NCBI GenBank assembly: GCA_902792235.1
Contig: CADAYP010000020.1
Span: 1,253-65,252, forward strand
Origin: Ruminococcus flavefaciens
GTDB lineage: Bacteria > Bacillota > Clostridia > Oscillospirales > Ruminococcaceae
Direction of reading: 5' to 3'
DNA: 64,000 nucleotides
Shown: positions 48,009-57,767 of the stretch, in pieces
Layout: the number at the start of each line of letters is the position of its first letter
Position numbering within the stretch: position 1 is the stretch's first letter
The notes under the pieces: model-generated
The model's database searches: none
What the model was told of the DNA's origin: nothing
Seen by the model: only the letters and a program-made list of their open reading frames with translations
Position numbers and translations under genes: made by a program

Positions 48009-48125
48009 GATGTCCGCCTCCTTTCATTTCCTTAAGGCAACACCGCACAAAGACCGCTTGACGTCTTTGTACTGAATCTGCTTGGATATTTTCCGTCATC
48101 TTGCACAGAAATCCCTTGACATACG

Positions 48126-49118
48126 TCAGTCGGGGTAATAGTGTTCTATTATATCGCGCCACGAACTTCCTGCCGCCGCCATAGCGTTAGCGCCGTACTG
48201 ACTCATGCCAACTCCGTGACCGTAGCCGCGCGTAGTTATCACAGCTTCATCGCCGTCGCAAGTGATATCGAAGTCGGCGGAGCGTAGTCCGAGAGCTTCG
48301 CGGATATCGCTTCCCTTAACGGTCATATCTCCTGCGCGGACAGTAAGAACGGTTCCGGAATCGGATATTTCCGCGACGGTAAGCCATTTTGTCATGTCGT
48401 CACCGAGCTGAATGCCGTCGAAAGTCTTTTCCAGTCTGCCGCGGAGAAAGTCCTTGTCGAACGATACTGTTTCCTCATATTTCGGAGCTGTCTTATCGAA
48501 ACTGCTGTCAACAGGGACGAGGTAGTCTACCGGTGAACCCCATGCATTTTCGGCACTTTCGGTAGTTCCTGCGGACATTGAACAGAATGCCGCGATTATG
48601 GGTTCATCGTTGTATGTGATTATGTAGGGCAGTACCTCTTCTGCGGCGGCACTTATTTTTGCGTAGTATTCATCGTAATTGTCGCCGAAGTAGTGACGTA
48701 TTTTTTCATCGTCGAAATAGCCCTGATACTTTGCAGTATCGTTCGAGAAATCGGCACCTCCGAGACCTTCTGTCGGCTCCGAGCGTTCGCGGATACGCTG
48801 ACGCTCGGCATAGGTGTGAGCCGCGAGAGCCTGTGCTTTCAGTGCTTCCGGCTCGAATGAAGCCGGCATCTCCGCACACACAGCACCGATTACGTAGTCA
48901 CGTACAGGCACTTCTGATATCTTGCCGGTGGAAATGTCGAGCACGCGGTATGGCTCGGACGAGTATGAATTATCCGGCAGACTGACCTCGGACAATGTGA
49001 CTTCATGTACGGACTTTCCCTCTTCCGCAGCCGCTTTCCCCGAAAAGCAGACCGGTACAGCAGGTATCACAGCCATGGAGATACCCATGAACAATGCTGA
49101 AAACAGATATTTTTTCAT
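48126..49118 (-). CDS. spoIID: Stage II sporulation protein D (SpoIID/LytB)
   Basis: YV.GAV.AEMPASF..EALKAQA.AAHTY, LRS..F, GYGHGVGMSQYGA, HYY; start at MKKYL. Confidence 0.9.
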   Translation of the reverse strand: MKKYLFSALFMGISMAVIPAVPVCFSGKAAAEEGKSVHEVTLSEVSLPDNSYSSEPYRVLDISTGKISEVPVRDYVIGAVCAEMPASFEPEALKAQALAAHTYAERQRIRERSEPTEGLGGADFSNDTAKYQGYFDDEKIRHYFGDNYDEYYAKISAAAEEVLPYIITYNDEPIIAAFCSMSAGTTESAENAWGSPVDYLVPVDSSFDKTAPKYEETVSFDKDFLRGRLEKTFDGIQLGDDMTKWLTVAEISDSGTVLTVRAGDMTVKGSDIREALGLRSADFDITCDGDEAVITTRGYGHGVGMSQYGANAMAAAGSSWRDIIEHYYPD

Positions 49119-49189
49119 TCTTTTGTCTCCTTGCGTCGGATATTGCCGGAAATGCGGTACATAACACTTACCCCAGACATAAAATATAT

Positions 49190-49218
49190 TTGACACAAAC
49201 ATAAAATTGGTGTATAAT
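49190..49218 (+). promoter_or_regulatory. SigA promoter of citrate synthase
   Basis: Perfect TTGACA-17-TATAAT. Confidence 0.85.
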
Positions 49219-49249
49219 TAATTGTGAATATATTTAGGAGAGTGATAGT

Positions 49250-50537
49250 ATGCCGTCATTCATTTCAGGCGCTAATATTACAGGTTTATGCAAGGACCTT
49301 AAAGACCGGCGTAGTGGCAGGCATTACAAATATATGCAATGTTCACGGCTACCTCATGAACGAGGGCGAGCTTGAACCTATTCCCGGACAGCTCATCTAC
49401 CGCGGATATAATATCAACGACCTCGTTGAAAATGTTGAAGCAGAGGACCGCTATGGCTATGAGGAAACTACCTTCCTCCTTCTGTTCGGACATCTTCCCA
49501 ATCCGAAGGAACTACAGAATTTCAATACTTATATCTCGCTTAAACGCGACCTGCCTACAGGTTTCGTTGAGGATATGATACTCAAGGCTCCGTCAAAGAA
49601 TATCATGAACAAGCTTGCACGTTCAGTACTTGCTCTGTATTCCTATGACGACGAGTGCGAAAACAAGGGCATCGAGAGCGAGATGCGTACAGCCGTAAGC
49701 CTTATCTCGAAGCTTCCTGTCATCATGGCTAACGCTTATCAGGTAAAGCGCCGTGTATTCGACAATGCAAGCATGATAATGCACCCCATAAACTATGAGG
49801 AAAATACCGCTCAGTGTATACTTTCTCTCCTCCGTCCCGACAGACAGTACACTAAGGACGAGGCACAGATGCTCGACCGCCTTCTCATGCTTCAGGCTGA
49901 ACACGGCGGCGGAAACAATTCTACATTCACCTGCCGCGTGCTCACTTCATCAGGCACAGACCCATATTCGGCTTATTCATCGGCTATATGCTCTCTTAAA
50001 GGTCCCCGCCACGGCGGTGCTAACCTTCAGGTCATCCATATGCTCGATAACTTCAAAGCAAATATCAAGCACTGGGATAATGAGGGCGAAGTTGCTGACT
50101 ATATGCGCCGCACTCTCCGCAAGGAGACAAACGACGGCTCCGGACTCATCTACGGTATGGGTCACGCTGTATATACTATATCAGACCCGAGAGCTGTTAT
50201 ACTCAAAAAGAAGGCTTTCGAGCTTGCAAAGGGCAAGGAGATAGAGGCAGAGTTCAAGCTCCTCGAAACTATCGAGAGACTTACTCCCGAGATATTCCTC
50301 GAAGAAAAGGGCTCGTCCAAGACGATGTGTGCAAACGTTGATATGTACTCCGGACTCGTTTACCGTATGCTCGGTATCCCTGATGAACTCTTTACTCCGC
50401 TGTTTGCTGTTGCAAGAATGGCAGGCTGGGCGGCTCACCGCATGGAAGAGATACTCACCGGCAACAGGATAATACGTCCGGCTTACAAGGCTATCGCCAA
50501 GGAGCACGAGTACATAAAGCTCGAAGAGAGAGAATAA
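49250..50537 (+). pseudogene. gltA: Citrate synthase with frameshifted or deleted N-terminus (catalytic frame 49224-50537 intact)
   Basis: SD-led ATG 49250 (MPSFISGANITGLCKDLK) is out of frame with TGVVAGIT...EHGGGNNST, GPRHGGAN, GMGHAVY, NVDMYSG. Confidence 0.7.
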
Positions 50538-50561
50538 TCAACACGAACGGAGAATGAGAAG

Positions 50562-51896
50562 TTGAAATACATTCAGTCCGTTTTCAGAGCGGCGGTATTG
50601 TCAGCCGCTCCGGTACTCCTGACCGGCTGTTCGTTCGGTTCAAGTATCGATAATCTTATGGCACCGCCTAAGCTGAGTGCTCAGCAGGAGCAGATATACC
50701 ACGCTCTTACAGAAGCGACCGGACAGAACATAAGTCTTAAATATCCGAAATCGGGTAAGTACCTCTCCGCGTTTATAGTCGAGGATATCGACGGCGACGG
50801 TGTTGACGAGGCTGTCGTTTTCTATGAGAGAAACGGTCTCGGAGTTGACGAGTTAACTCTCCGCATAAACGTCCTCGACCAGGACGACGGAAACTGGCGC
50901 TCGGTATGTGATACAGCCGCCGCCGGTGCGGAGATAGAAAAGGTCATGATATCAAAGCTCGGCGACAATGAACGTGTCAACCTCATAATCGGAAGCAGTC
51001 TTATAAACCGCTCGGAGAAGAACGTTACCGTATATAACTACGATCAGACGGAAGGAAATATCGCACCCACTTTTTTCTCGGAGTCTTACTCCTTCATGGA
51101 CGTTACCGACCTCGACGGCGATGAAAAAAATGAGTTTCTGCTTCTGACAGGTTCGGCTAACGGTGCTCCCGCCGGCGCAGAGGTATATCAGCTCGATAAA
51201 GAGGGAAAGTACCACCAGTGTCCGTGTGAACTGAGCGGAGCTTTTACAGAGTTCGACGGTCTCAGCTACGGTAAACTGCCTAACGGCAAAACTGGTCTTT
51301 ATATCGATGCGGTATCGGGTACCGGCTCTATTCAGACGGATATAGTCTATATGGAGGACAACAGACTGAAAAAGGTCTTTTCCTCGGCTGAGGAATCATT
51401 TGCAACTCTGCGTTCATCGGGATGTCCGTCATATGATATCGACGGCGACGGTGAACTTGAAATACCTGTCCAGGTCATTTCGCCCGGATATGAGGACGTT
51501 TCAGAGGGCGAACAGATAAAGCTCACCAACTGGATGCGCATCGGCGCGAATGACACACTTGAGCATAAGCATACGTCATATTACAGCATCGGCGAGGGAT
51601 ACGTATTTGTATTCCCTGAAAAATGGCAGGGGAAAGTTACTGTCAAGCGCGATGCCATCAATGATGAGATGGTATTCTGCTCATATTCCGGCGGAAAAGC
51701 CGGCAGAGAGCTTCTGCGCATATGCTGTGCAGAGGATATGGTCTCGCGTGATGACAGGATATCTACCGGCTATATGCTCCTGAAAACCAAGGGAGAATCG
51801 TCGTATCTTGCCTATATACCGCAGTCCGGCGAAAAGCAGGACGGTCTTTCGATAACTTCCGGCGATGCGGCTATAGGGTTCAGCTTTATAGAATAA
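50562..51896 (+). CDS. Lipoprotein with DxDGDG (FG-GAP/VCBS-like) motifs, linked to two-component system
   Basis: Lipobox LTGC, LMAPPKL, DIDGDGVDE, DLDGDEKNE, DIDGDGELE. Confidence 0.75.
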   Translation: MKYIQSVFRAAVLSAAPVLLTGCSFGSSIDNLMAPPKLSAQQEQIYHALTEATGQNISLKYPKSGKYLSAFIVEDIDGDGVDEAVVFYERNGLGVDELTLRINVLDQDDGNWRSVCDTAAAGAEIEKVMISKLGDNERVNLIIGSSLINRSEKNVTVYNYDQTEGNIAPTFFSESYSFMDVTDLDGDEKNEFLLLTGSANGAPAGAEVYQLDKEGKYHQCPCELSGAFTEFDGLSYGKLPNGKTGLYIDAVSGTGSIQTDIVYMEDNRLKKVFSSAEESFATLRSSGCPSYDIDGDGELEIPVQVISPGYEDVSEGEQIKLTNWMRIGANDTLEHKHTSYYSIGEGYVFVFPEKWQGKVTVKRDAINDEMVFCSYSGGKAGRELLRICCAEDMVSRDDRISTGYMLLKTKGESSYLAYIPQSGEKQDGLSITSGDAAIGFSFIE

Positions 51897-51905
51897 AACT
51901 TCAAA

Positions 51906-51999
51906 GCTGAGCGGGCGGATGATATCCGTCCATATTATGCCCGTGATTTTGGGCGCAGGGAAATATGTTCCCTGCTTAGTCCAGAGGAAGAGCCTCTGG
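51906..51999 (+). other. Highly structured intergenic element (three hairpins in a closing stem plus a fourth hairpin)
   Basis: GGGCGGAT/ATCCGTCC, GCCC/GGGC, AGGGAA/TTCCCT within GCTGAGC/GCTTAGT; then CCAGAGG/CCTCTGG. Confidence 0.45.
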
Positions 52000-52017
52000 C
52001 GAAAGGAGTGAAATAGA

Positions 52018-52719
52018 TTGAAACGTATACTCATTTGTGAGGACGAGGATACTATCCGTGAATTTGTCGTTATCAACCTTAAACGTGCCGGCTACGATGT
52101 CGTAGACGTCAACTGCGGAGAGGCGGCTCTCAAAACCTTTGAGACTGAACACGGCAACTTCGATATAGTCCTTCTTGATATCATGATGCCGGGTATCGAC
52201 GGCTTTACCGTTTGCAAGAAGATACGCGAGAAAAGCTCGACTATCGGCATTATCATGCTTACTGCAAGAACACAGGAAATGGACAAGGTCAGCGGTCTTA
52301 TGATAGGCGCTGATGACTATATCACAAAGCCTTTCTCACCTTCCGAGCTTACTGCCCGCGTAGACGCTATCTACCGCCGTGTTTGCATGAGCTTTATCAA
52401 GAATGAGAAGCAGTCAGTGATAGAGTCGGGTCCGTTTGTGCTCAATCTGAAAAGCCGTACCGTCACAAAGGACGGCACTCCTATCGAGCTTACTCAGGTA
52501 GAGTATCAGATACTTGAATACTTCATGAATAATAAAAATACCGCTCTCGACCGCGCAAGTATACTCAATCATATATGGGGCGAGAGCTACTACGGCGACG
52601 ATAAGATAGTCGACGTAAATATCAGACGTATCCGCATGAAAATAGAAGAAGAACCTTCAAGTCCTAAGTATATCATTACGATATGGGGATACGGATACAA
52701 GTGGAATGATATGCAGTAA
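52018..52719 (+). CDS. OmpR/PhoB family response regulator
   Basis: EDE, LLDIMMP, GADDYITKPF, VDVNIRRIR.KIE, TIWGYGY. Confidence 0.95.
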   Translation: MKRILICEDEDTIREFVVINLKRAGYDVVDVNCGEAALKTFETEHGNFDIVLLDIMMPGIDGFTVCKKIREKSSTIGIIMLTARTQEMDKVSGLMIGADDYITKPFSPSELTARVDAIYRRVCMSFIKNEKQSVIESGPFVLNLKSRTVTKDGTPIELTQVEYQILEYFMNNKNTALDRASILNHIWGESYYGDDKIVDVNIRRIRMKIEEEPSSPKYIITIWGYGYKWNDMQ

Positions 52720-54125
52720 TGGCTAAAAAAAGTATCACTAAGCGCTGGATAATCAATAACCTCGGCATTATCATACTTGCCCTGCTTGTTATTGAGATGG
52801 TCGTAATCTACGCTATTCAGAGCTACTACTACAACTCTGCGAAACAGTACCTCGTTTCAAAGCTGAATGCCGTGACGAGTGTTCTGAGTATTCATTCGCA
52901 GGACAGCTCCGCAAACTTTTCGGCGGAGATAAGAAACACGCTTGAAACCTTCAACGAGAAGGACAAAATAGAACTCATGGCTATCAACGCAAAGGGCAGA
53001 GTTGTTCTTACATCGTCGGGATTTTCGCCTGACGGCGATATGCTCATGCCCGATTACGAAAAGGCTATGGAAACAGGCGAAGGAAGCTGGATTGGCAGAC
53101 TTCACGGCGGCGAGAAGGTACTCGCGGTGTCTATGCCGATATCCTCCTTCAACAGCGAATACAGCTCCGTGCGAATGGTAACGTCGCTTACGGAGATAGA
53201 CAACACTATAAAAGGCTACATACTGCTGGTAACGGTCGTATGCGGCTCTATCATACTCATAATAGTCGTGACCGGACTCTATTTCGCAGGCTCTATCGTC
53301 CGACCGATACGGCAGATAAGCGGTATCACGCGAAAGTTCGCAATGGGCGATTTCTCGGTACGTATCGCTAATAACAGCGACGACGAGATAGGAGAGCTTT
53401 GCACCGCAATAAATCACATGGCAGACGAGTTATCGTCTGCGGAAGCGATGAAGAACGAGTTCATTTCGTCGGTGTCGCATGAGCTGAGAACCCCCCTTAC
53501 CGCTATAAAAGGCTGGGCGGAGACTCTCATGGTCGATGGCGGAGAAAATCCCGATACAATGAAAAAAGGTGTCGGAGTTATCGTCAACGAGACTGAGCGT
53601 CTGTCGCAGATGGTAGAGGAACTCCTCGACTTCTCGCGTATGCAGAACGGTCACTTCACCTTGCAGAATGCAAATATGGATATCCTTGCCGAACTCGGCG
53701 ACGCAGTGCTGATTTACAGTGACAAGGCTCGCCGTGAGCAGATAAAGATAATCTACGACGAACCGGAAATGCTTCCGTTTGTTTACGGCGATAAGAACCG
53801 TATTCGTCAGGTTTTCATCAATATCATCGACAATGCCGTGAAGTACTCTTCTCCCGGCGATACTGTCACGATAAAAGCCTGCGAGAAGGAAAACAGCGTT
53901 ATCGTTTCAGTAACTGATACCGGATGCGGAATCAAGAGTTCCGACCTCGCAAAGGTAAAGACAAAGTTCTATAAAGCGAACCATACACGCCGCGGTTCGG
54001 GAATCGGTCTCGCGGTCGCAGATGAGATAATAGCCATGCACGGTGGTACTATGGACATTTCAAGTCCGGGTGAAGGCATGGGTACTACAGTAGAGATATC
54101 TCTTCCGGCAAAAACAAATAACTGA
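52719..54125 (+). CDS. HAMP-domain sensor histidine kinase
   Basis: Two TMs, DEIGEL HAMP, SHELRTPLT, N box, DTGCG, GSGIGL. Confidence 0.95.
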   Translation: MAKKSITKRWIINNLGIIILALLVIEMVVIYAIQSYYYNSAKQYLVSKLNAVTSVLSIHSQDSSANFSAEIRNTLETFNEKDKIELMAINAKGRVVLTSSGFSPDGDMLMPDYEKAMETGEGSWIGRLHGGEKVLAVSMPISSFNSEYSSVRMVTSLTEIDNTIKGYILLVTVVCGSIILIIVVTGLYFAGSIVRPIRQISGITRKFAMGDFSVRIANNSDDEIGELCTAINHMADELSSAEAMKNEFISSVSHELRTPLTAIKGWAETLMVDGGENPDTMKKGVGVIVNETERLSQMVEELLDFSRMQNGHFTLQNANMDILAELGDAVLIYSDKARREQIKIIYDEPEMLPFVYGDKNRIRQVFINIIDNAVKYSSPGDTVTIKACEKENSVIVSVTDTGCGIKSSDLAKVKTKFYKANHTRRGSGIGLAVADEIIAMHGGTMDISSPGEGMGTTVEISLPAKTNN

Positions 54126-54141
54126 GAATCGAGAATGATAT

Positions 54142-55086
54142 ATGGGAAAGAATCAATCAGGGGAAAAGTTCAAGTCTAAGATAGGCGGACAGGCGCTTAT
54201 TGAGGGAATCATGATGCTTGGCCCGAATAAGGGCGCGATGGCGTGCAGACTTCCCGACGGTACTATCGACCTTGAAACTTGGGACGAGAATAACGGAAAA
54301 AATGCACCGTGGTACAGAAAAGTTCCCCTTGTGAGAGGATGCTTCAACTTTGTTACATCGCTCATAAAAGGCTACAAATACACGATGAAGTCCGCTGAAA
54401 AGCAGATGCCGGAGGACGAGGAAGAGTCCGGAGAAGGCAAGACTGACGAGAAAAGCTCAGGCGGATTCTTCGACCTCATGATGACGATAGGCTCAGTACT
54501 GGGAGTTGTTCTCGCAGTAGGACTTTTCGTCTTTCTGCCGAAGCTTCTCATCGGCTTTATCCCCCGCATCGAGGACTACGGCATACTCCGTTCGGTACTC
54601 GAAGGAATTGTCAAGATAGCGATTTTTGTCAGCTACATGGCTCTCGTGAGCCTTATGAAGGATATAAAGCGCCAGTATATGTATCACGGCGCTGAGCACA
54701 AAACTATTGCCTGCCACGAGGCGGAGCTTCCGCTCACTATCGAAAACGTCCGCAAGCAGACACGCTTCCATAAGCGCTGCGGTACGAGCTTTATATTCAT
54801 AGTGCTGCTGGTGGGAATATTTGTAATGTGCTTTGTCCCGAAGGGACTTTTATGGTGGCAGCGTTCACTGATAAGTCTTGCGGCACTTCCGTTTGTTGTC
54901 GGTATATCCTATGAGTTCATAAGACTCGCAGGCAACCACGATAATATATTCACAAAGATACTTTCAGCTCCCGGACTCGCTATGCAGCGCATAACTACAC
55001 GCGAGCCCGATGACAGCATGATAGAAATAGCTATCGCGGCTATGACTCCGTGCATCCCCGAGGACAGGACTGAGGATAAATGGTAA
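54142..55086 (+). CDS. DUF1385 (YqhQ-like) protein
   Basis: GGQALIEGIMM, YHGAEHK, HKRCGTSF, TTREPDD. Confidence 0.9.
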   Translation: MGKNQSGEKFKSKIGGQALIEGIMMLGPNKGAMACRLPDGTIDLETWDENNGKNAPWYRKVPLVRGCFNFVTSLIKGYKYTMKSAEKQMPEDEEESGEGKTDEKSSGGFFDLMMTIGSVLGVVLAVGLFVFLPKLLIGFIPRIEDYGILRSVLEGIVKIAIFVSYMALVSLMKDIKRQYMYHGAEHKTIACHEAELPLTIENVRKQTRFHKRCGTSFIFIVLLVGIFVMCFVPKGLLWWQRSLISLAALPFVVGISYEFIRLAGNHDNIFTKILSAPGLAMQRITTREPDDSMIEIAIAAMTPCIPEDRTEDKW

Positions 55087-55943
55087 GCATTGGCGAATTT
55101 TATAAGGAGTGTTCCGCTCAGCTTGAAAAAGCCGGTATAGCGGACGCTGAATTCGATACACTCTGCATTTTTCAGGACTGTCTCGGCGATAAGAATCCGC
55201 TCTTCCGACCGCTTGAAGCAGTCCGCGAGGATACCGAAAAAAGTATCCGTGAAATGGTCAGACGCCGCATAAGCGGCGAGCCGCTTCAGTACATACTCGG
55301 TGAGTGGGAATTCTGGGGATATCCGTTCAAAGTCGGGGAAGGAGTTCTCATACCGCGCCCCGATACGGAAACTCTCATTGACGATGTCATAAGGCTGTGC
55401 CGCGGATACAAACTCAGTGCCCCGAAAATCGCTGACCTTTGTTCCGGCAGCGGCTGTATCGCAGTAACGCTGAAAAAGGAACTGCCTGCCGCAGAAGTGA
55501 CTGCGGTCGAGCTGTCGCCGAAGGCACTCGTTTATCTCAGACAGAATATAAGGCTTAATGAAGCCGATGTAAACGTGGTCGAGGGAGATGTTCTTGACGT
55601 GAAACTCACCGAAAAGCTCGGAACCTTCGACATTATCGTAAGCAATCCGCCGTACCTCACGGCTGAGGAAATGACGGAGCTGCAAACAGAAGTGCGCCGC
55701 GAACCGGAAATGGCACTCGCAGGCGGAAACGATGGTCTCGACTTTTACCGTGCACTGACTCCGCTATGGAAAAAATCTCTCAGAAGCGGCGGCTGGCTGT
55801 GCTATGAATTCGGTATGGGTCAGCACGAGAAAATAGAAAATATACTTGCCGGAAACGGCTTTGAAAATATTAACTTTTCACGCGACCTCGGCGGTATTAT
55901 CCGCACGGTCTGCGCTCAGAAACAGGAGGAAAACAATGGCTAA
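55080..55943 (+). CDS. prmC: Release factor glutamine methyltransferase
   Basis: [30 protein letters not shown]. Confidence 0.95.
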   Translation: MVSIGEFYKECSAQLEKAGIADAEFDTLCIFQDCLGDKNPLFRPLEAVREDTEKSIREMVRRRISGEPLQYILGEWEFWGYPFKVGEGVLIPRPDTETLIDDVIRLCRGYKLSAPKIADLCSGSGCIAVTLKKELPAAEVTAVELSPKALVYLRQNIRLNEADVNVVEGDVLDVKLTEKLGTFDIIVSNPPYLTAEEMTELQTEVRREPEMALAGGNDGLDFYRALTPLWKKSLRSGGWLCYEFGMGQHEKIENILAGNGFENINFSRDLGGIIRTVCAQKQEENNG

Positions 55944-57132
55944 AAAGGAACTTGCAAAAAAAGCCGCTGTCGTAAAAGTTACGACTAAGGAAGACAAGAA
56001 AACTGCCCTCGACGGTGCTATCAAGCAGATAGAAAAGAAGTACGGAGCAGGTGCTGTTATGCGCCTCGGACAGACGCAGACACTCAACGTTGACGCTGTG
56101 CCGACCGGCTCTATGACACTTGATATGGCGCTCGGTATAGGCGGTGTTCCTAAGGGAAGAATCGTCGAGATATACGGACCCGAAAGCTCAGGTAAAACTA
56201 CTGTTGCGCTCTCTGTTATCGCTCAGGCTCAGAAAGCCGGCGGCGAAGCTGCTTTCATCGACGTTGAGCACGCTCTCGACCCTGTGTACGCTCAGGCTCT
56301 CGGAGTTAAGATAGATGACCTCCTCGTTTCACAGCCTGACAGCGGTGAGCAGGCACTCGAAATCGCGGAAGCTCTTATCCGTTCCGGTGCTATCGACGTT
56401 ATAGTCCTCGACTCTATCGCTGCTATGACTACCCGTGCTGAAATCGACGGCGAAATGGGTGACCTCCACGTAGGTCAGCTTGCGAGACTTATGTCGCAGG
56501 CCATGAGAAAGCTCACTGCGGCTATATCGAAGTCAAACTGCGTTGCTATCTTCATAAATCAGATACGTGAAAAAATAGGTGTTATGTACGGCAACCCCGA
56601 AACTACTCCCGGCGGACGCGCTCTCAAGTTCTATTCATCGGTACGTATCGAGGTAAGAAAGGGCGAGGTCATCAAGGACGGAAGTCAGATAATCGGTGCA
56701 CGTACAAGGTGCAAGGTCGTAAAGAACAAGGTAGCTCCGCCATTCAAGGAAGCGGAGTTCGACATGATGTACGGAACGGGTATATCCCGTACAGGTGAGG
56801 TCCTCGATATCGCAACAGACCTCGATATCATCAAAAAGGGCGGTTCGTGGTTCAGCTATAAGGACCAGAAACTCGGTCAGGGACGCGATAACGTCAAGGA
56901 GATCCTTGCAGGCGACCCCGAACTCATGAAGGAGATAGAGGAGCAGATACTCGCACGCAAGGACGAGATAATGGAGTCAGCTTCGTCTAAAAAGGCTGAC
57001 AAGAAGAGCAAGGCTGCCGATGCTGCTGCTGAAGCTGCTTCCGGCGGAGAGAGTGCCGCACCTTCTGACAACAGCGATATCCTCGCAAATATCGACGAGG
57101 ACTTTGAGGAGTTCACTCCTGCTGAAGAGTAA
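55936..57132 (+). CDS. recA: Recombinase RecA
   Basis: [39 protein letters not shown]; start at ATG 55936 after GGAGG. Confidence 0.98.
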   Translation: MAKKELAKKAAVVKVTTKEDKKTALDGAIKQIEKKYGAGAVMRLGQTQTLNVDAVPTGSMTLDMALGIGGVPKGRIVEIYGPESSGKTTVALSVIAQAQKAGGEAAFIDVEHALDPVYAQALGVKIDDLLVSQPDSGEQALEIAEALIRSGAIDVIVLDSIAAMTTRAEIDGEMGDLHVGQLARLMSQAMRKLTAAISKSNCVAIFINQIREKIGVMYGNPETTPGGRALKFYSSVRIEVRKGEVIKDGSQIIGARTRCKVVKNKVAPPFKEAEFDMMYGTGISRTGEVLDIATDLDIIKKGGSWFSYKDQKLGQGRDNVKEILAGDPELMKEIEEQILARKDEIMESASSKKADKKSKAADAAAEAASGGESAAPSDNSDILANIDEDFEEFTPAEE

Positions 57133-57767
57133 TGGAGATAACCTCGCTTAAAAAGTACAAGGGCACGACCTATGAGGTCGAGCTTGACTATGAGCGAAAG
57201 CTGTATCTGCACATTGATATCATCGCGGACTACGGTCTGCGGAGCGGTATGCAGCTTGAACGCGATGAGCTGAAAAAGATAATCTACGCCTCAAACTTCC
57301 GGCGGGCATATCAGTATGCGCTGTATTGTCTCGATTACCGCGATTATTCGGCGGAAGATATCTATCAGAAGCTCGTAAAGACTTATAAAAACGAATCACT
57401 CTGCCTTGAAGTTGTGAAAAAGCTTGCAAGGGCAGGGATAATCGACGACAGTCGCTATGCCGAAAAATTAGCGCGCAAGCTCGTCGAGACACGAAAATAC
57501 GGTTTCAGACGTGCTAAAAGAGAACTGCTCATGAAGGGTCTGAGCGACAATGTCGCGGAGGAAGCTCTTGAACAGTACAGGTCTGCATTCGGCGAAAATC
57601 TCGCAGAGCTGCTCAGGACTAAGCATTACCGCTTACTATCCGACAGCAGCGACAGAAAATCTATAGAAAAAGTCAAAAGCGCTCTTGTCCGCTATGGATA
57701 TGGCTTTGATGAGATAAATCAGGCTGTGAAGGAATACTTCGAGAACGCTGATAATGCGGAGGAATGA
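57132..57767 (+). CDS. recX: Regulatory protein RecX
   Basis: ALxxLxxRDYS, IDDxRYA, L..KG, L.RYGY; coupled to recA. Confidence 0.9.
   Translation: MEITSLKKYKGTTYEVELDYERKLYLHIDIIADYGLRSGMQLERDELKKIIYASNFRRAYQYALYCLDYRDYSAEDIYQKLVKTYKNESLCLEVVKKLARAGIIDDSRYAEKLARKLVETRKYGFRRAKRELLMKGLSDNVAEEALEQYRSAFGENLAELLRTKHYRLLSDSSDRKSIEKVKSALVRYGYGFDEINQAVKEYFENADNAEE

Noticed and set aside
48126-48140. spoIID truncated by a premature TGA after HYYPD
   Set aside because: Homologs end only a few residues after HYY, so at most a short tail is missing; cannot call a pseudogene.
49297-49307. Programmed +1 frameshift in citrate synthase
   Set aside because: No prfB-like CTT-TGA site or strong slippery run, and conserved residues seem to be missing, which favours a deletion.
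51906-51980. tRNA gene
   Set aside because: Cloverleaf-like, but no TTC in a T-loop, no D-loop GG, and arm and loop sizes do not fit.
55846-55936. LexA (GAAC-N4-GTTC) box before recA or the ruv genes
   Set aside because: None found by eye; recA overlaps the prmC end with no intergenic space.
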